NCBI GenBank assembly: GCA_024679065.1
Contig: JAGIQG010000040.1
Location: 9,114,001 to 9,178,000 of the forward strand
Direction of reading: 5' to 3'
Length of the DNA stretch: 64,000 bases
From: Sphyrna mokarran
Taxonomy: Eukaryota
The position numbers and the translations under genes were made by a program. Shown here in pieces: positions 62,991 to 64,000 of the stretch. The notes below the pieces were generated by a model. The model was not told where the DNA came from. It worked only from the letters and a program-made list of their open reading frames with translations, and searched no databases. Each line of letters begins with the position of its first letter. Position 1 is the first letter of the stretch.

Positions 62991-63181
62991 AAAGAGAAAA
63001 TGCTGGAAAATCTAAACAAGTCTGGTAGCATCTGTAAGGAGAGAGGAGAGCTTACTTTTCGATTTCAGGTGACCCTTTGTCAAAACTTTGTCAGAAGGTT
63101 ATCTGGATTCGAAATGTCAGCTATTTTCTCTCCTCACAGAAATTACCAGGCCTGCTGAGATTTTCCAGTATTTTTCTCTTT
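62991..63181. mobile_element. ~190-bp foldback (palindromic) element, probably Penelope pLTR-derived, truncating the VH
   Basis: AAAGAGAAAATGCTGGAAAATCT...AGATTTTCCAGTATTTTTCTCTTT arms; half-copies at ~3300-3395 and ~4085-4170. Confidence 0.7.
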
Positions 63182-64000
63182 AGATTTCAATTCCAGAATT
63201 CGTAGTATATATTGCTTTTATATTTCTCTTTGGAAATAACTAGAAACCAAAGATTCCTGTCTTTATCCTGTCTGTCCGACATAGACTCCAGTTCCACTGT
63301 GATGAAAATGACTCTTAGCAACTACTGAAATTGCCACTCATGTGTATCAAAGCTGCTGTAGAAAATCAAACAATAAAACCCTATCTCCAGAAGGATGGTT
63401 TCAACAAGGTGGTTCACAATCGCCTTCTCAGCAGGCACAATTAAATGTTACTTCTGTCAGTGACTCTCACATCCAGACAATCAATAACAACAGGGTAAAG
63501 TGCTGCCTATTGTGGAAATCTTAAACTCAAACAACACAATTGCTACTCAGCTGGTCAGTGAGCACCAGCAGATAGAGAACCAGATTCACATTTAAGATCG
63601 ATGCCAGGATGCGAAATCTCATTGATATAATTCTAAAGAGCAAAGTTGTGCTCCCCAATATCCTACCTTCATGCTGATTCTTCAAACAAAATCACACATT
63701 TACTGACAATTTATCACATTTCGTTTTGTGTGAGTTTGTTATACATAAATTACTTGCTGTATTTGCTTCATGACATCAGTGACTAAATTCAGCAAAGGTA
63801 CATCAGGAAGTTTTAAGAACATGAATTCGTTAAATTCGTTGTTTGATAAATGTAAGCTCTAGCGAAATGAAACTTGTAATATGTTGGGAGTGCTGAGATA
63901 CGAATATATTCATTCCTCTGCCTGATCATAACAGCACAAAAGCATAGAATCCAGTGCAGTGCAGTAGGAGACCATTCTGTCCAAGATGTCTGCAGCTGCT

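Overview
Eukaryotic DNA from a cartilaginous fish (shark), judged from the IgM constant-region sequence, CR1/HE1/Deu-SINE repeats and GPR139-like expansion. The window holds a complete, frame-intact IgM heavy-chain constant gene on the minus strand (CH1-CH4, secretory tail, TM1, TM2; 23062->13154). No V, D, J or RSS is visible before a 41-N gap at 26887-26927. Its J-C intron carries a bipartite strand-skewed repeat in the position of a switch region. A decayed VH pseudogene (+, 62626-62990) points away from it. Three two-exon GPR139-like GPCR loci are present: two complete (8451-10409 and 31141-35426) and one exon 1 (1041->972, minus) inside a ~2.8-kb inverted duplication. There are four tRNA genes or pseudogenes (Phe, Val, Arg, Gln) plus a decayed Val copy, and a C2H2 zinc-finger relic. 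Mobile elements include many CR1 LINEs (one young subfamily), SINEs, Penelope-like foldbacks and a solo LTR. An ~8.5-kb block of satellites plus a CpG-island promoter (44671-53134) interrupts a CR1 fragment and is flanked by a ~105-bp direct duplication; it is either a real insertion or an assembly join. No database searches were run; family calls rest on recognised motifs, and repeat boundaries are approximate.
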